From the IMG/VR virus record IMGVR_UViG_3300047510_001118, positions 214,127 to 278,126 of that record: a stretch of 64,000 bases of DNA. One strand, written 5' to 3'. A program made the position numbers and the translations under genes. Positions within the stretch are counted from its first letter, which is position 1; every line of letters begins with the position of its first letter. Below are positions 1 to 8,707 of this stretch, piece by piece. The notes below the pieces were generated by a model, which had not been told where the DNA came from, did not search any database, and was given only the letters and a program-made list of their open reading frames with translations.

Positions 1-81
1 TCTGAGGAAGAACAAAAAGAAGGAGCACCAGCAGAGTTTGAAGCACCTGTAGTCCTGGACGCATCAAATTTTTTCGGGTAA
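1..81 (+). CDS. C-terminal fragment of a T4 gp26-like baseplate hub assembly / tail chaperone protein (5' truncated by window)
   Basis: Frame 1 reads SEEEQKEGAPAEFEAPVVLDASNFFG* (TAA 79-81). The xxFF(G)* ending directly before a gp51-like ORF resembles gp26 homologues. Only 26 aa visible. Confidence 0.5.
   Translation, partial: SEEEQKEGAPAEFEAPVVLDASNFFG
69..75 (+). other. Candidate -1 ribosomal frameshift heptamer T TTT TTC
   Basis: X XXY YYZ heptamer phased with frame 1. The -1 frame is stop-free from 69 into the ORF at 111. Confidence 0.6.
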
Positions 82-110
82 AGCTCTTTAATCTGCCGCT
101 CGATGAAGCC

Positions 111-305
111 ATGCGGGTGATTAAGGGGCTTGAAAGTGAAATCAAGTCGTTGAAGTTAGAATTATTAAAACTCTGTTGGTATATGAGAGGTGGTATTTCA
201 TTAGAAGAATGTTACAATCTATCATATGATGATCGAGCATTAATTGTAGACATTGTTAAAGAGAACATGGAAACTACTAAGAAATCAGGATTACCTTTCT
301 TCTAA
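111..305 (+). CDS. T4 gp51-like baseplate hub assembly / tail chaperone C-terminal module
   Basis: 64 aa with LxWYMRGGISLEE.YNLSYDDR pattern resembling gp51-like proteins; follows gp26-like ORF; no clear SD before ATG 111. Confidence 0.55.
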   Translation: MRVIKGLESEIKSLKLELLKLCWYMRGGISLEECYNLSYDDRALIVDIVKENMETTKKSGLPFF

Positions 306-312
306 CCTATAT

Positions 313-401
313 AGATGAACTACGTTCATCTGTTCTTCGCTTTCGCTCGAACTATTTCTTCTTTTCTTAACTATTGAACTATTATTAAGTGCGAAGCACT
401 T
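313..401. terminator. Hairpin cluster between convergent transcription units (terminator and/or DNA hairpins)
   Basis: AGATGAAC-tac-GTTCATCT (313-331) followed by a T/C-rich tract; GTTC...GAAC (332-352); AAGTGC-gaa-GCACTT (387-401). Confidence 0.5.
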
Positions 402-404
402 TAG

Positions 405-765
405 TATTATCCAGATTGTTCAGGTCACACTTAGCCCTAGCGGGCTAAGAAAATGAACATTATCCGAGTTGCACAATGTCACACAGCGTTATGGCATTAC
501 AGAGGCGGTCGTCCGGTACCTCGAGCCACGTCTTATCACGACGGCAGGCATATAAATGTACGCTATCACACTTATATCCGTTAGGGAATTACCCTTCATT
601 TAGCCTTTTTAAATTCTTTTCAAACAGCAAAACCAGTTGTATATAGGCATATCTGATCTTCGTCCTGTCAAGGATAGTTGCTGAGTACTCTTAACGGCAA
701 GAGAGTTTCCGTCCCTGCGACTCGTAGTCCAGGTATTAGGGCGCACGACATTGGCCTGCGCGAGC
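405..765 (-). ncRNA. Putative large structured ncRNA directly 3' of the GIY-YIG gene
   Basis: No ORF of 60 aa or more. Visibly more GC-rich than flanks. At least ten nested or serial stems (430-449, 417-422/454-459, 525-545, 550-559/568-577, 583-595, 625-630/678-683, 663-674, 688-703, 714-733, 741-745/757-761). An A.C mismatch on + (556/571) is a G.U pair on -. Confidence 0.6.
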
Positions 766-1212
766 TTATTGACCGTTTAATTTTGCCTGAGCTTGTTCTT
801 GTAGGCGTTGTCGAAGTATGTTTGAACCACCCACTCTAACGTTGATAATGCCGTTATAGTATTCGTCAGATTCTAAAACTCTGCGTTCAAACTGTTCTCT
901 TGCCTCTAAATATGACAGTTCTGCCTTGCTTTTACAGTAGTAAAGTATTTCTCTTGTGAAGTTTTCTGGACCTAATGATTGAACATCTGCGTTTAACCTA
1001 TCAGATGAGCCCCAGTATTCGCGCCAATCGCTTTCTACTGTGCTACGTCTTTTAAGTTTTTTGCCTTTGAGTGGTGGTTTAGTACGTTTGAATTGAGCTA
1101 ATTTCTTGCCTATGTACTTTTGTCCAGTTTTGAGGTTAGTAATGAGATACACAAAGCCAATATGACCTTCTGGTATTTCTTCAACTAAAGCATTTTGATA
1201 GTGCCATGACAT
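766..1212 (-). CDS. Stand-alone GIY-YIG family endonuclease
   Basis: GFVYLITNLKTGQKYIG motif, downstream LEAREQF (Glu) and YYNG (Asn); 148 aa with no obvious NUMOD/HTH DNA-binding extension. Confidence 0.85.
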   Translation of the reverse strand: MSWHYQNALVEEIPEGHIGFVYLITNLKTGQKYIGKKLAQFKRTKPPLKGKKLKRRSTVESDWREYWGSSDRLNADVQSLGPENFTREILYYCKSKAELSYLEAREQFERRVLESDEYYNGIINVRVGGSNILRQRLQEQAQAKLNGQ

Positions 1213-1227
1213 GCTCGTATATACCGA

Positions 1228-1458
1228 TCAGTCACTGTCCTCATCCTTGGTTTTGGTTTTGCCTATAAGTTCTTTACGTTTTGACAGTATTTCTATGCGC
1301 CTTTTAGTAGCCATCTCTCGCACTGTTCTCAGTGCTTCTCTGGCTTCTACACTTGATCCAATGTAACCATATCGTTCAAAGCGATCATTCCATCTACAGT
1401 AGGCAATAATCGCTTTGATCAACTCTTCATGTGTGTCGTTATCGAACTCTTCACTCAT
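1228..1458 (-). CDS. Small helical basic protein, possibly Hc1 / histone-H1-like
   Basis: RFER.G..SSVEAREALRTVREMATKRRIEI resembles the KF..G.KAA..RARKAL.E..K...R pattern; K/R-rich C-terminus. Confidence 0.4.
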   Translation of the reverse strand: MSEEFDNDTHEELIKAIIAYCRWNDRFERYGYIGSSVEAREALRTVREMATKRRIEILSKRKELIGKTKTKDEDSD

Positions 1459-3235
1459 AAATTTCTACATCATTGGCATAACTGGTGAACCCGTTTTCTT
1501 TTACTACCTTGAGCACGTTGTTCACGCGACCCACTAATTCATCCCTATGAGAAATTAGATAGATATTCTTATGTCGTTCACGGCCCATCTTTTTCAAGAT
1601 ACCTAGAGAGTTTTCAACTCCGTTGGCGTCCATGCCCGAATCAATAAGTTCATCTATGAATAAGAGATTGATGTTCTGGTATAACGACTCCCAAACATCA
1701 CGGAACGCCCACGACAATCCTAAGATTAAGCGATTCCTTTCTCCTCGACTCAAGTTATCAAAGTCTAAATCTTGACCGAGTTGGGTTATTTCTACCGTTA
1801 GGTCATTTTGGAATACAACGGTGTGAGGTAGACCCACCTTATCAAGGTAGTAAGTGAGACGATTGTTTAGATAAGCAAGATTTTGGTCAATGATCTTCTT
1901 ACGAATAAACGAATCTTTGTTTGTTAAAAGTTTAAGAAGAAACTCTTGATGATCTTTTACAAGAGTTAAACTGTTTATAGAATCCCACGATACATCCTGT
2001 AACGCAGTATTTTCTAACTCTGTGATCTGTTCTTGATACATATCAGTTTCTTCTTGTTTGGATTTTAGTTGGTTAGCAAGACTTTCCAAATTACTTCTGT
2101 GATTGTATGCTTCATTAAGTGTGTCGTAGAACGTCTGTGGCCGACCGTTGATGTCTCCAATCTGTTCTAATTCTTTAATAATTAAAGTTAAATCGCCTGT
2201 GACCTTGGATTTGTATGTATCCGCATCTAGAAGATTTTTTTCTGCCGCTTTAATCATTTCGTCATGTTTGTGATCATGTAGTTCTTGTTCACAAGCCGGA
2301 CATGTTTTCTTGTCTAATTGTGTTATTTCTTTAGAATATTTCTGTACAGACTTATCAGCCTGCATAACTGCTGTTTCAAGAGTGGCTTTTTCTTTGTTAA
2401 GACTCTTAATTAATGCGGCTTGTTCGTTATAGACTTTGAGTTTTTCGTGTTGAGATATCTCGTTTTCAATGTCAACTTTTGAAAGTTCATCAATGGCCTT
2501 TTCTATTTTTGCTATTTCTGCTTCACGATTCTTTTGCCAAGCACTTTGTTTTAATTTTAAACTGTTAATACTTTCTTGTATACGTTCATTTGACTTTTTA
2601 ACCGCATCAATCCGTATAGTCTCTTGCGTAATTTCGTCTTTGGTAATACGTACTTGTTCTTTTAACAGTTCTGCTTTCTCACTGAGTAGGGTTATTCCTA
2701 ACAACTGTTCAATAATTACTCGTTGATCACCCGACTTCATAGATAAAAACGGTTCAGTATAGGTGTTAAGAGCAATGATATGCTTAAACATATCGTGACT
2801 CATACCAATAAGCTCGTCAATATCTTTCTGTGTTTCTCTGCTGTCGCCTTGCCCTTCGTCATCTACGTCAGCATTTTCCTGTTCTTGATCATCAACATAG
2901 AACTTTAATACGTTAGGCTTACGTCCACGCTCAATTCTATACAATCGTCCATTCTTTTCAAACTCTACACAGACTAACATATTTTTACCGTTAATCTTGT
3001 TTACAAGATTATCTTTTTTAATGTTAGTTAGAGCCTGTCCAAATAAAGCATAACTTAGTGCGTTTACAATAGTGGTCTTACCCGTGCCGTTTCGAGAGCC
3101 GGAATCGTCACCTCCTTGGTCCAAGTTCTCGCCTAATACGAGGGTAAGTTGTTCTTGATTAAAATTTATAGCCTGAGTAGCATTACCCACGCTCATAAAA
3201 TTTTTAACAGTTAAATCTTTTATTTTTATTATCAT
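1451..3235 (-). CDS. gp46: Rad50/SbcC-like recombination ATPase (T4 gp46-like)
   Basis: Walker A (GSRNGTGKTT), coiled coil with CPAC zinc hook, LSRGE signature, Walker B LLFIDE, ISH H-loop. Confidence 0.95.
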   Translation of the reverse strand: MIIKIKDLTVKNFMSVGNATQAINFNQEQLTLVLGENLDQGGDDSGSRNGTGKTTIVNALSYALFGQALTNIKKDNLVNKINGKNMLVCVEFEKNGRLYRIERGRKPNVLKFYVDDQEQENADVDDEGQGDSRETQKDIDELIGMSHDMFKHIIALNTYTEPFLSMKSGDQRVIIEQLLGITLLSEKAELLKEQVRITKDEITQETIRIDAVKKSNERIQESINSLKLKQSAWQKNREAEIAKIEKAIDELSKVDIENEISQHEKLKVYNEQAALIKSLNKEKATLETAVMQADKSVQKYSKEITQLDKKTCPACEQELHDHKHDEMIKAAEKNLLDADTYKSKVTGDLTLIIKELEQIGDINGRPQTFYDTLNEAYNHRSNLESLANQLKSKQEETDMYQEQITELENTALQDVSWDSINSLTLVKDHQEFLLKLLTNKDSFIRKKIIDQNLAYLNNRLTYYLDKVGLPHTVVFQNDLTVEITQLGQDLDFDNLSRGERNRLILGLSWAFRDVWESLYQNINLLFIDELIDSGMDANGVENSLGILKKMGRERHKNIYLISHRDELVGRVNNVLKVVKENGFTSYANDVEIYE

Positions 3236-4236
3236 AGATTATTATAAATTGCCAATAATACTTTGGGATCATAGTTATCGCTTTGTATACTTGCGATTTG
3301 ATTGCTGACAATTTGGTCAATACTTTCAAATTGTTCTACATTTAGATCTGTGTTAATCTCTATTTCTTTTTTCTCTGGAATAAGTGTTAACTCTCTAAGA
3401 TTATTTTGTTTTACAAATGTTTCTTTGATAAAACTTGCCTCTTCAAAACTAATTGGAAGGTCAATACCTACTCTAAGATATGTTTTAGGTAGAATAAGTT
3501 TTTCACTGTTGTCTAATAATTCACTGAGTTTAAGTGTTTTAAATTTAGGAGCATCGTTCCATATCTTATATACCGGAGATTTTCCATGCTCTAAGATCAT
3601 CATACCACGGTCATCGTCCCAGGCATCAGCATAATTGTGCGGAAATGCGTTGCCAATATACACAATATTCTGTTTAGCCTGACGCTTATGGAAGTGTCCT
3701 GAAAACACATATTCGGGATTCTTAAAATGATCTGCCTGTAACTCGCCATGATCTGGCATCTGTACCATAGCATTCATCATAAACAAGGGAAGTTCAAAGT
3801 GACCAAACACATAGCGGCTCTTTAATTTTTCCATTTTACGCCATTCGTCACCAACTAACCACGGGACTAGAGTAACGTCGTCGATAGTTAGTATGTCACT
3901 GACAATGGTGACTCCGGGAATATGGCGTCCCCAGTCTACAGAGTGTACATCGCGTTTATCTTTGTAATATAAATCGTGATTACCGGGAAAGAAAAAGAAT
4001 TGGTCAAAGGCTTTGCCTAATTTTTCTAGGCTTCGAATGCTACTAACCATAGTTAACATATTAAGGCTGTTGCGATTATGATGCCAATCGCCTAGAAAAA
4101 TTCCAGTATCACAGCCTTCTTTTTTAGCCTCAGCAATAAACCAATCTACGAAATCTTCGCAGTCTTGATTATGTGCTGCCGAATTTGATTTTAATCCAAA
4201 GTGTATGTCTGTAAAACACGCAACCTTTTTAAACAT
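3232..4236 (-). CDS. gp47: Mre11/SbcD-like metallophosphoesterase nuclease (T4 gp47-like)
   Basis: DIHFG, GDWHH, GNHD, GHFH motifs. Start set at ATG 4236 using SD AGGA. Confidence 0.93.
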   Translation of the reverse strand: MFKKVACFTDIHFGLKSNSAAHNQDCEDFVDWFIAEAKKEGCDTGIFLGDWHHNRNSLNMLTMVSSIRSLEKLGKAFDQFFFFPGNHDLYYKDKRDVHSVDWGRHIPGVTIVSDILTIDDVTLVPWLVGDEWRKMEKLKSRYVFGHFELPLFMMNAMVQMPDHGELQADHFKNPEYVFSGHFHKRQAKQNIVYIGNAFPHNYADAWDDDRGMMILEHGKSPVYKIWNDAPKFKTLKLSELLDNSEKLILPKTYLRVGIDLPISFEEASFIKETFVKQNNLRELTLIPEKKEIEINTDLNVEQFESIDQIVSNQIASIQSDNYDPKVLLAIYNNL

Positions 4237-4260
4237 TAACAATTCCTATAGTTTTGGTAT

Positions 4261-4289
4261 ATTTTAACAGAAATATTGTAAAAGAACAA
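4261..4289 (-). promoter_or_regulatory. Sigma70-type promoter for gp47/46
   Basis: TTGTTC-17 nt-TAAAAT with extended -10 TG. Confidence 0.55.
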
Positions 4290-4293
4290 CAGG

Positions 4294-5118
4294 TTATTCG
4301 CTCGAATCTGCTTCTCTCTTCATGGCAGCATCGTATTCTGCGTTGATCATTCGGGTATAACTAGGACTCATACCGTTCATTTCTAAAATATCATCACGTA
4401 TATTCTGCATTTTCTTTTCAATATTGATGACTCGAACAAACGAATTAGTAACAGCCGCAGTAAAATAGGCAAATGGATTGTCCGATTTCGATTCATCAAA
4501 CTGTAGACCAATCTGCGTTAACTGTAGAATAGCCTGGCCTTTCATTTCTTCATTATAAGTATAACCACGAACGTTGCCACGGGTGGCATATCTTTCACAG
4601 AGCTTGATATACATACGAGCTAAGGTATCTGTGATCTGTCCGTGATCCTTGCTGAACTTGCCTTTGAGCATGCCGCCTCGCCAATGGCTTTTTCCTACAC
4701 AAACTAGTTGATCGTTTTCGTCAAACATCCAGTGTTGAAATGGAGGAAAATTAACTTTTTCTCTGTGATCTGCCGCACTTTTTGGTGTACGTTTACGTCC
4801 GGGCTCTAGCGGAACATGGTCGTAGGTCATAATACGAAAAACTAAATCGCTTTTTTCTATTTTTTTATAATCTACTTCAAACTCGGCTAGTTTAACTTTT
4901 ATATTTTCTGCTTTGGCTTTTTCAAATGCTTCTTGTCCTAGACGTTTTGCTCTTGCTCGTTTAGCATCAGCGACAGTTCTAATATTAATCTTGTCTACGC
5001 TGGGCAATATAATATCATATTGATGATATTCAGGCTTAACAAAACTACAGTAAGTGTTTTTACTTTTGTGTATTTCTGATAACAAATCTTTGTTATTTAG
5101 GTAGTTAACTTTTTTCAT
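4294..5118 (-). CDS. gp55: Late-transcription sigma factor (T4 gp55-like)
   Basis: YTYNEEMKGQAILQL...FDESKSDNPFAYFTAAVTNSFVRVINIEKK region 2 signature; adjacent to gp47/46 as in T4-like phages. Confidence 0.85.
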   Translation of the reverse strand: MKKVNYLNNKDLLSEIHKSKNTYCSFVKPEYHQYDIILPSVDKINIRTVADAKRARAKRLGQEAFEKAKAENIKVKLAEFEVDYKKIEKSDLVFRIMTYDHVPLEPGRKRTPKSAADHREKVNFPPFQHWMFDENDQLVCVGKSHWRGGMLKGKFSKDHGQITDTLARMYIKLCERYATRGNVRGYTYNEEMKGQAILQLTQIGLQFDESKSDNPFAYFTAAVTNSFVRVINIEKKMQNIRDDILEMNGMSPSYTRMINAEYDAAMKREADSSE

Positions 5119-5142
5119 TATTCTTATGACTCCTCACTATAA

Positions 5143-5171
5143 ATTATAAACTCAGCACTTAATAAAGTCAA
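5143..5171 (-). promoter_or_regulatory. Sigma70 consensus promoter for gp55
   Basis: TTGACT (5171-5166)-17 nt-TATAAT (5148-5143), then SD GAGGAG. Confidence 0.85.
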
Positions 5172-5177
5172 TAAATA
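5171..5177 (+). promoter_or_regulatory. T4-type late promoter ATAAATA for baseplate operon
   Basis: ATAAATA 22 nt before ATG 5200; the same motif recurs before other structural genes. Confidence 0.65.
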
Positions 5178-5199
5178 TGTTTAACAAGGATAACCAAAT

Positions 5200-6111
5200 A
5201 TGCCAGTCGACTTAAACAATTTTGTAAGTGGTGCTAGATCAATTGCTGGTACTGCCGCTAATACATTAGGAACAGTAGTAAACTCTGTAAACACCTTAAA
5301 GACTCAAGGATTTGGAGCATTTGGCGCAAACATTGCGCAGGCTATCAGAGGAAAAAACCTATTACCCGGAGGAATGACAGGTAAATCTTCATCCCCGACT
5401 AGCGCAATTTTTTCTTCTAATTCTAGAGACTGGCGAGTACGATTAAACTTTCCTCCTAATTTTGCTTTTATCACTAGTCCGTTGCTAAGACCATTAATAG
5501 AAACTCAGGGATTAGTGTTCCCATACACACCGCAGATACAGATTACACATTCTGCCAATTACAGTGATATGAGTCCGGTTCATAATAATTATCCCTTTCT
5601 ATCTTATGAGAATAGCAAAGTTGATAACATAACTATTAATGCTCCTTTTTATGTTGAAGATTCTCTAGAAGCCGCATATTGGGTAGCGTGTATGCACTTT
5701 TTAAAAGCAGCCACAAAAATGCAGTTTGGTGAAGATTCAAATGCCGGCGCACCTCCTCCTATTTTTAAATTAAACGGTTACGGAGATTATGTGTTTAAAG
5801 ATGTACCAGTGGTAGTTAAATCATTTACAATGGATTTACCTAACGATTCAGATTATATTTCAACAGGCCTTGCCGCACAAGGCGGTGCTACAGGCAATAC
5901 TGCGGCAAGAATTGCTTCACAGGTTACCGGAATAAACTTTACTGGCTCTGCAACAGCTCAGGGAGTGTCCTGGGCACCAGTAAAAAGTACAATTAATATT
6001 ACAGTAGTGCCATTATACACTAGACAACAGGTTAGAAACTTCAGTCTTGAAAAATTCGTCAGCGGCGATTATGTTATTGGATCTACTGGAAACAAAACAG
6101 GATTTATCTAA
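5200..6111 (+). CDS. Baseplate tail-tube cap / initiator (gp48/gp54-like)
   Basis: LVFPYTPQIQITHSANY, PPPIFKLNGYGDYVFKDVPVVVKSF, tube-like fold signature; first gene of baseplate cluster. Confidence 0.7.
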   Translation: MPVDLNNFVSGARSIAGTAANTLGTVVNSVNTLKTQGFGAFGANIAQAIRGKNLLPGGMTGKSSSPTSAIFSSNSRDWRVRLNFPPNFAFITSPLLRPLIETQGLVFPYTPQIQITHSANYSDMSPVHNNYPFLSYENSKVDNITINAPFYVEDSLEAAYWVACMHFLKAATKMQFGEDSNAGAPPPIFKLNGYGDYVFKDVPVVVKSFTMDLPNDSDYISTGLAAQGGATGNTAARIASQVTGINFTGSATAQGVSWAPVKSTINITVVPLYTRQQVRNFSLEKFVSGDYVIGSTGNKTGFI

Positions 6112-6413
6112 TGGCGTCAGATTATAAAAATAAAAGTCCGTGGCATACTACTACAATTTTTCCAGGATATCTTGGAAATTTAAATGTACGATCTGTAAGT
6201 GCCGAACCCGACGACTGGGAATACACCATAGAACCACAATATAATTATAGGCCAGATCTGTTGGCATTTGACTTATACGGAACTCCTAAACTATGGTGGG
6301 TTTTTGTACAACGAAATATGGATGTATTAAAAGATCCTGTATTTGATTTTAAAACCGGAACTAGCATCTACATACCAAAGCAGACTAGTTTATTTTCTGT
6401 TCTAGGAATTTAA
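6111..6413 (+). CDS. Baseplate wedge LysM-type protein (gp53-like)
   Basis: YRPDLLAFDLYGTPKLWWVF..RN...DP..DFK.G..IYIP motif. Confidence 0.8.
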   Translation: MASDYKNKSPWHTTTIFPGYLGNLNVRSVSAEPDDWEYTIEPQYNYRPDLLAFDLYGTPKLWWVFVQRNMDVLKDPVFDFKTGTSIYIPKQTSLFSVLGI

Positions 6414-6414
6414 T

Positions 6415-8706
6415 ATGACTCAGGGTAATGATAGTATTGGTATCATACCAAACGTCTTAGAAGGTTTTGCTTCATATAACACAATTTTTACAATCAGCGC
6501 ATTAACTACGGAACAATTAAATTTTCCAGAATCTGCCAACAGTTACAAAAGCAATCAACTAGGCGAAATTATACTACGTAGTGGATCAGGTCAGCCCTCT
6601 AATCGAATTAGAACAGCCTTAACTACCTACGACAACCCTTCGGGACAATACGAATTTTTTATCGACAATATAAACATTGAAGCAATTATTTCTTTTGATA
6701 AAAGAACCAAAGGTTCAAACGCTACAGATATTACCTTTGAAATTGTTGAACCGTATTCAATGGGGTTATTTTTACAAAGTTTACAATTAGCCGCTGCCGC
6801 TGTCAGCGATGCTGGCACTCTTGCTACCTATACAGAAACTCCTTTTTTATTAACAATACAATTTATAGGGTATGATGAAACAGGAAATGTAGTTCTTGTA
6901 GATGATTCGTTAGACAGGCATATACCTTTTACTTTTACGAATATTGAAATGGAAGTAGCAGCCAGCGGTTCAAAATATAAATGTACAGCAATTCCTCATA
7001 ATGAAGAAGCTCTCAAAGATTCAGTAAACAAAGTCAAAGAAGACATTGCTATAAGTGGATTAACAGTACAAGAATTATTACAGTCGGGAAAAAATAGTTT
7101 ACAATATAGATTGAACACTTACAAAAAAGAAATTGCTAAACAAGGATCAGAAACAAATAAGGAAGAATATGTTCCTGATCAAATTGTTATAATTTTTCCT
7201 AAAGATAAATCAGCAGGTATTTCTGCTCCAGGGATAGGAGAAGATCTTGGACAAGCAACAGCAGTAAATCCTGGCAGTAGCGCAAGTAACTCCCAAGTCA
7301 AACAAAAATTGTCTCTAACCCAAGAAACAATACAAGCAGGATCTGGATCAGAACAGACTATTACAAATTTATTAGTACAAGACTCGGCTTCTTTAAACAG
7401 TATTGGATCAGCAAAAATGGGCTTCACAGCCAACACCGGCGGAGAGTCGCAGCCTGCTCCAGCAAATCAAATACAGAATGCGGCAGACAAACCAGCCTCA
7501 AGAAAAAATAACGTCTATGATCCTAAAAATAAAGTTTTTAGATTTCCACAGGGCTCGTCGGTTATTAATATAATAACAGAAGTTTTATTAATGAGTGAAT
7601 ACTGTAAAAAATCTGTAGAACAACCCTCAGACGAAGCAGGTCTTAAGTCTTGGTTTAGAATTGAAACACAAGTTTATAATTTAAAAGCCAATGCTGGTAA
7701 TGCTAATAGAGCAAAAAGACCTAAGTTGTTTGTTTATAAAGTAGTTGAATATAAAGTACACGAACATAGATTTAAACCACCAGGAGCGATTCCGCAGGGA
7801 TACGATGCTCTTAAAAAGAATTGTGTAAAAGAATACAATTATATCTATTCAGGTAAGAACGTTGATATATTAAATTTTAATATTAGTTTAAAGACGTCAA
7901 TGTTTACAACTGCCTATTCTGATATGAATGCGTTGTCGGGATCAGTGTATGGGCAGATTAACGGAGCAGCCACTGAAGCAAATTCTCAACCAACAAATGC
8001 TGATGCTAACAAGGCAGCAGCCGATTCGGGAATGCCGGTTATTCCTGTTGGTGAGCTAAACACTCGATATAAAAATATTGGCGGTGGTCCCAACGACGAC
8101 TACCGCAGTCTAGTATCTAAAAACTTTCAAGAAGCATTGTTAAACAGTCCAGCAGACATGATGAGTATAGAGATGGAAATTATGGGAGATCCTTATTATC
8201 TTGCTGACAGCGGAGTTGGAAACTTTAGTGACATGCCTGCTAATTTTAATATTAATGAAGATGGCTCAATGAACTATCAAAGCGGAGAAGTTGATGTTAT
8301 TATTAATTTTAGAACTCCTCTTGACTACAACTCTTTTGGTTTAATGGACTTTGCTCAAGGAGTAGATGCTACTGGATTCAGTGGATTATATAATATCTAC
8401 GAAGTAACAAATACATTTAATCGCGGTAAATTTACACAGTTATTAAAAGCCATTAGGCGGCCTGTACAGAAACCTACAAAAGAAGCCGAGGCCGCTGCCA
8501 AAAAGTATGGAATCTCCGCCCGATCAGACCAGGCAAGAATGTTAGCCGAACAAGACAAAGACTTTGAAGATGAAGGTAAACCGGCAACTGTAAATCCAAA
8601 CAGACCACAAACAAACACAGCAATAGATTCAACACCACAGGGAACCAGGACCGGTCAGGTAGAATACGTCCCAGGTACAAATACAAGAGTCCCAGGAAGA
8701 ACATAA
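6415..8706 (+). CDS. Baseplate hub protein (gp27-like, enlarged)
   Basis: Position between gp53-like and spike; C-terminal IEMEIMGDPYYL...SGLYNIYEVTNTFNRGKFTQLL typical of hub proteins. Confidence 0.65.
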   Translation: MTQGNDSIGIIPNVLEGFASYNTIFTISALTTEQLNFPESANSYKSNQLGEIILRSGSGQPSNRIRTALTTYDNPSGQYEFFIDNINIEAIISFDKRTKGSNATDITFEIVEPYSMGLFLQSLQLAAAAVSDAGTLATYTETPFLLTIQFIGYDETGNVVLVDDSLDRHIPFTFTNIEMEVAASGSKYKCTAIPHNEEALKDSVNKVKEDIAISGLTVQELLQSGKNSLQYRLNTYKKEIAKQGSETNKEEYVPDQIVIIFPKDKSAGISAPGIGEDLGQATAVNPGSSASNSQVKQKLSLTQETIQAGSGSEQTITNLLVQDSASLNSIGSAKMGFTANTGGESQPAPANQIQNAADKPASRKNNVYDPKNKVFRFPQGSSVINIITEVLLMSEYCKKSVEQPSDEAGLKSWFRIETQVYNLKANAGNANRAKRPKLFVYKVVEYKVHEHRFKPPGAIPQGYDALKKNCVKEYNYIYSGKNVDILNFNISLKTSMFTTAYSDMNALSGSVYGQINGAATEANSQPTNADANKAAADSGMPVIPVGELNTRYKNIGGGPNDDYRSLVSKNFQEALLNSPADMMSIEMEIMGDPYYLADSGVGNFSDMPANFNINEDGSMNYQSGEVDVIINFRTPLDYNSFGLMDFAQGVDATGFSGLYNIYEVTNTFNRGKFTQLLKAIRRPVQKPTKEAEAAAKKYGISARSDQARMLAEQDKDFEDEGKPATVNPNRPQTNTAIDSTPQGTRTGQVEYVPGTNTRVPGRT

Positions 8707-8707
8707 T

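Noticed and set aside
405-765. RNase P RNA, tmRNA or group II intron
   Set aside because: No GAGGAAAGUCC P4 signature, no tRNA-like ends with tag ORF, no domain V motif seen.
405-1212. Group I intron with GIY-YIG homing endonuclease
   Set aside because: No interrupted host gene flanks it and I found no P7 or R/S core in the expected arrangement; the GACT/AGTC pair is a local hairpin.
382-5165. 11-mer TTATTAAGTGC shared between 382-392 and the gp55 promoter spacer (5155-5165, reverse)
   Set aside because: Short AT-rich match found post hoc; compatible with chance.
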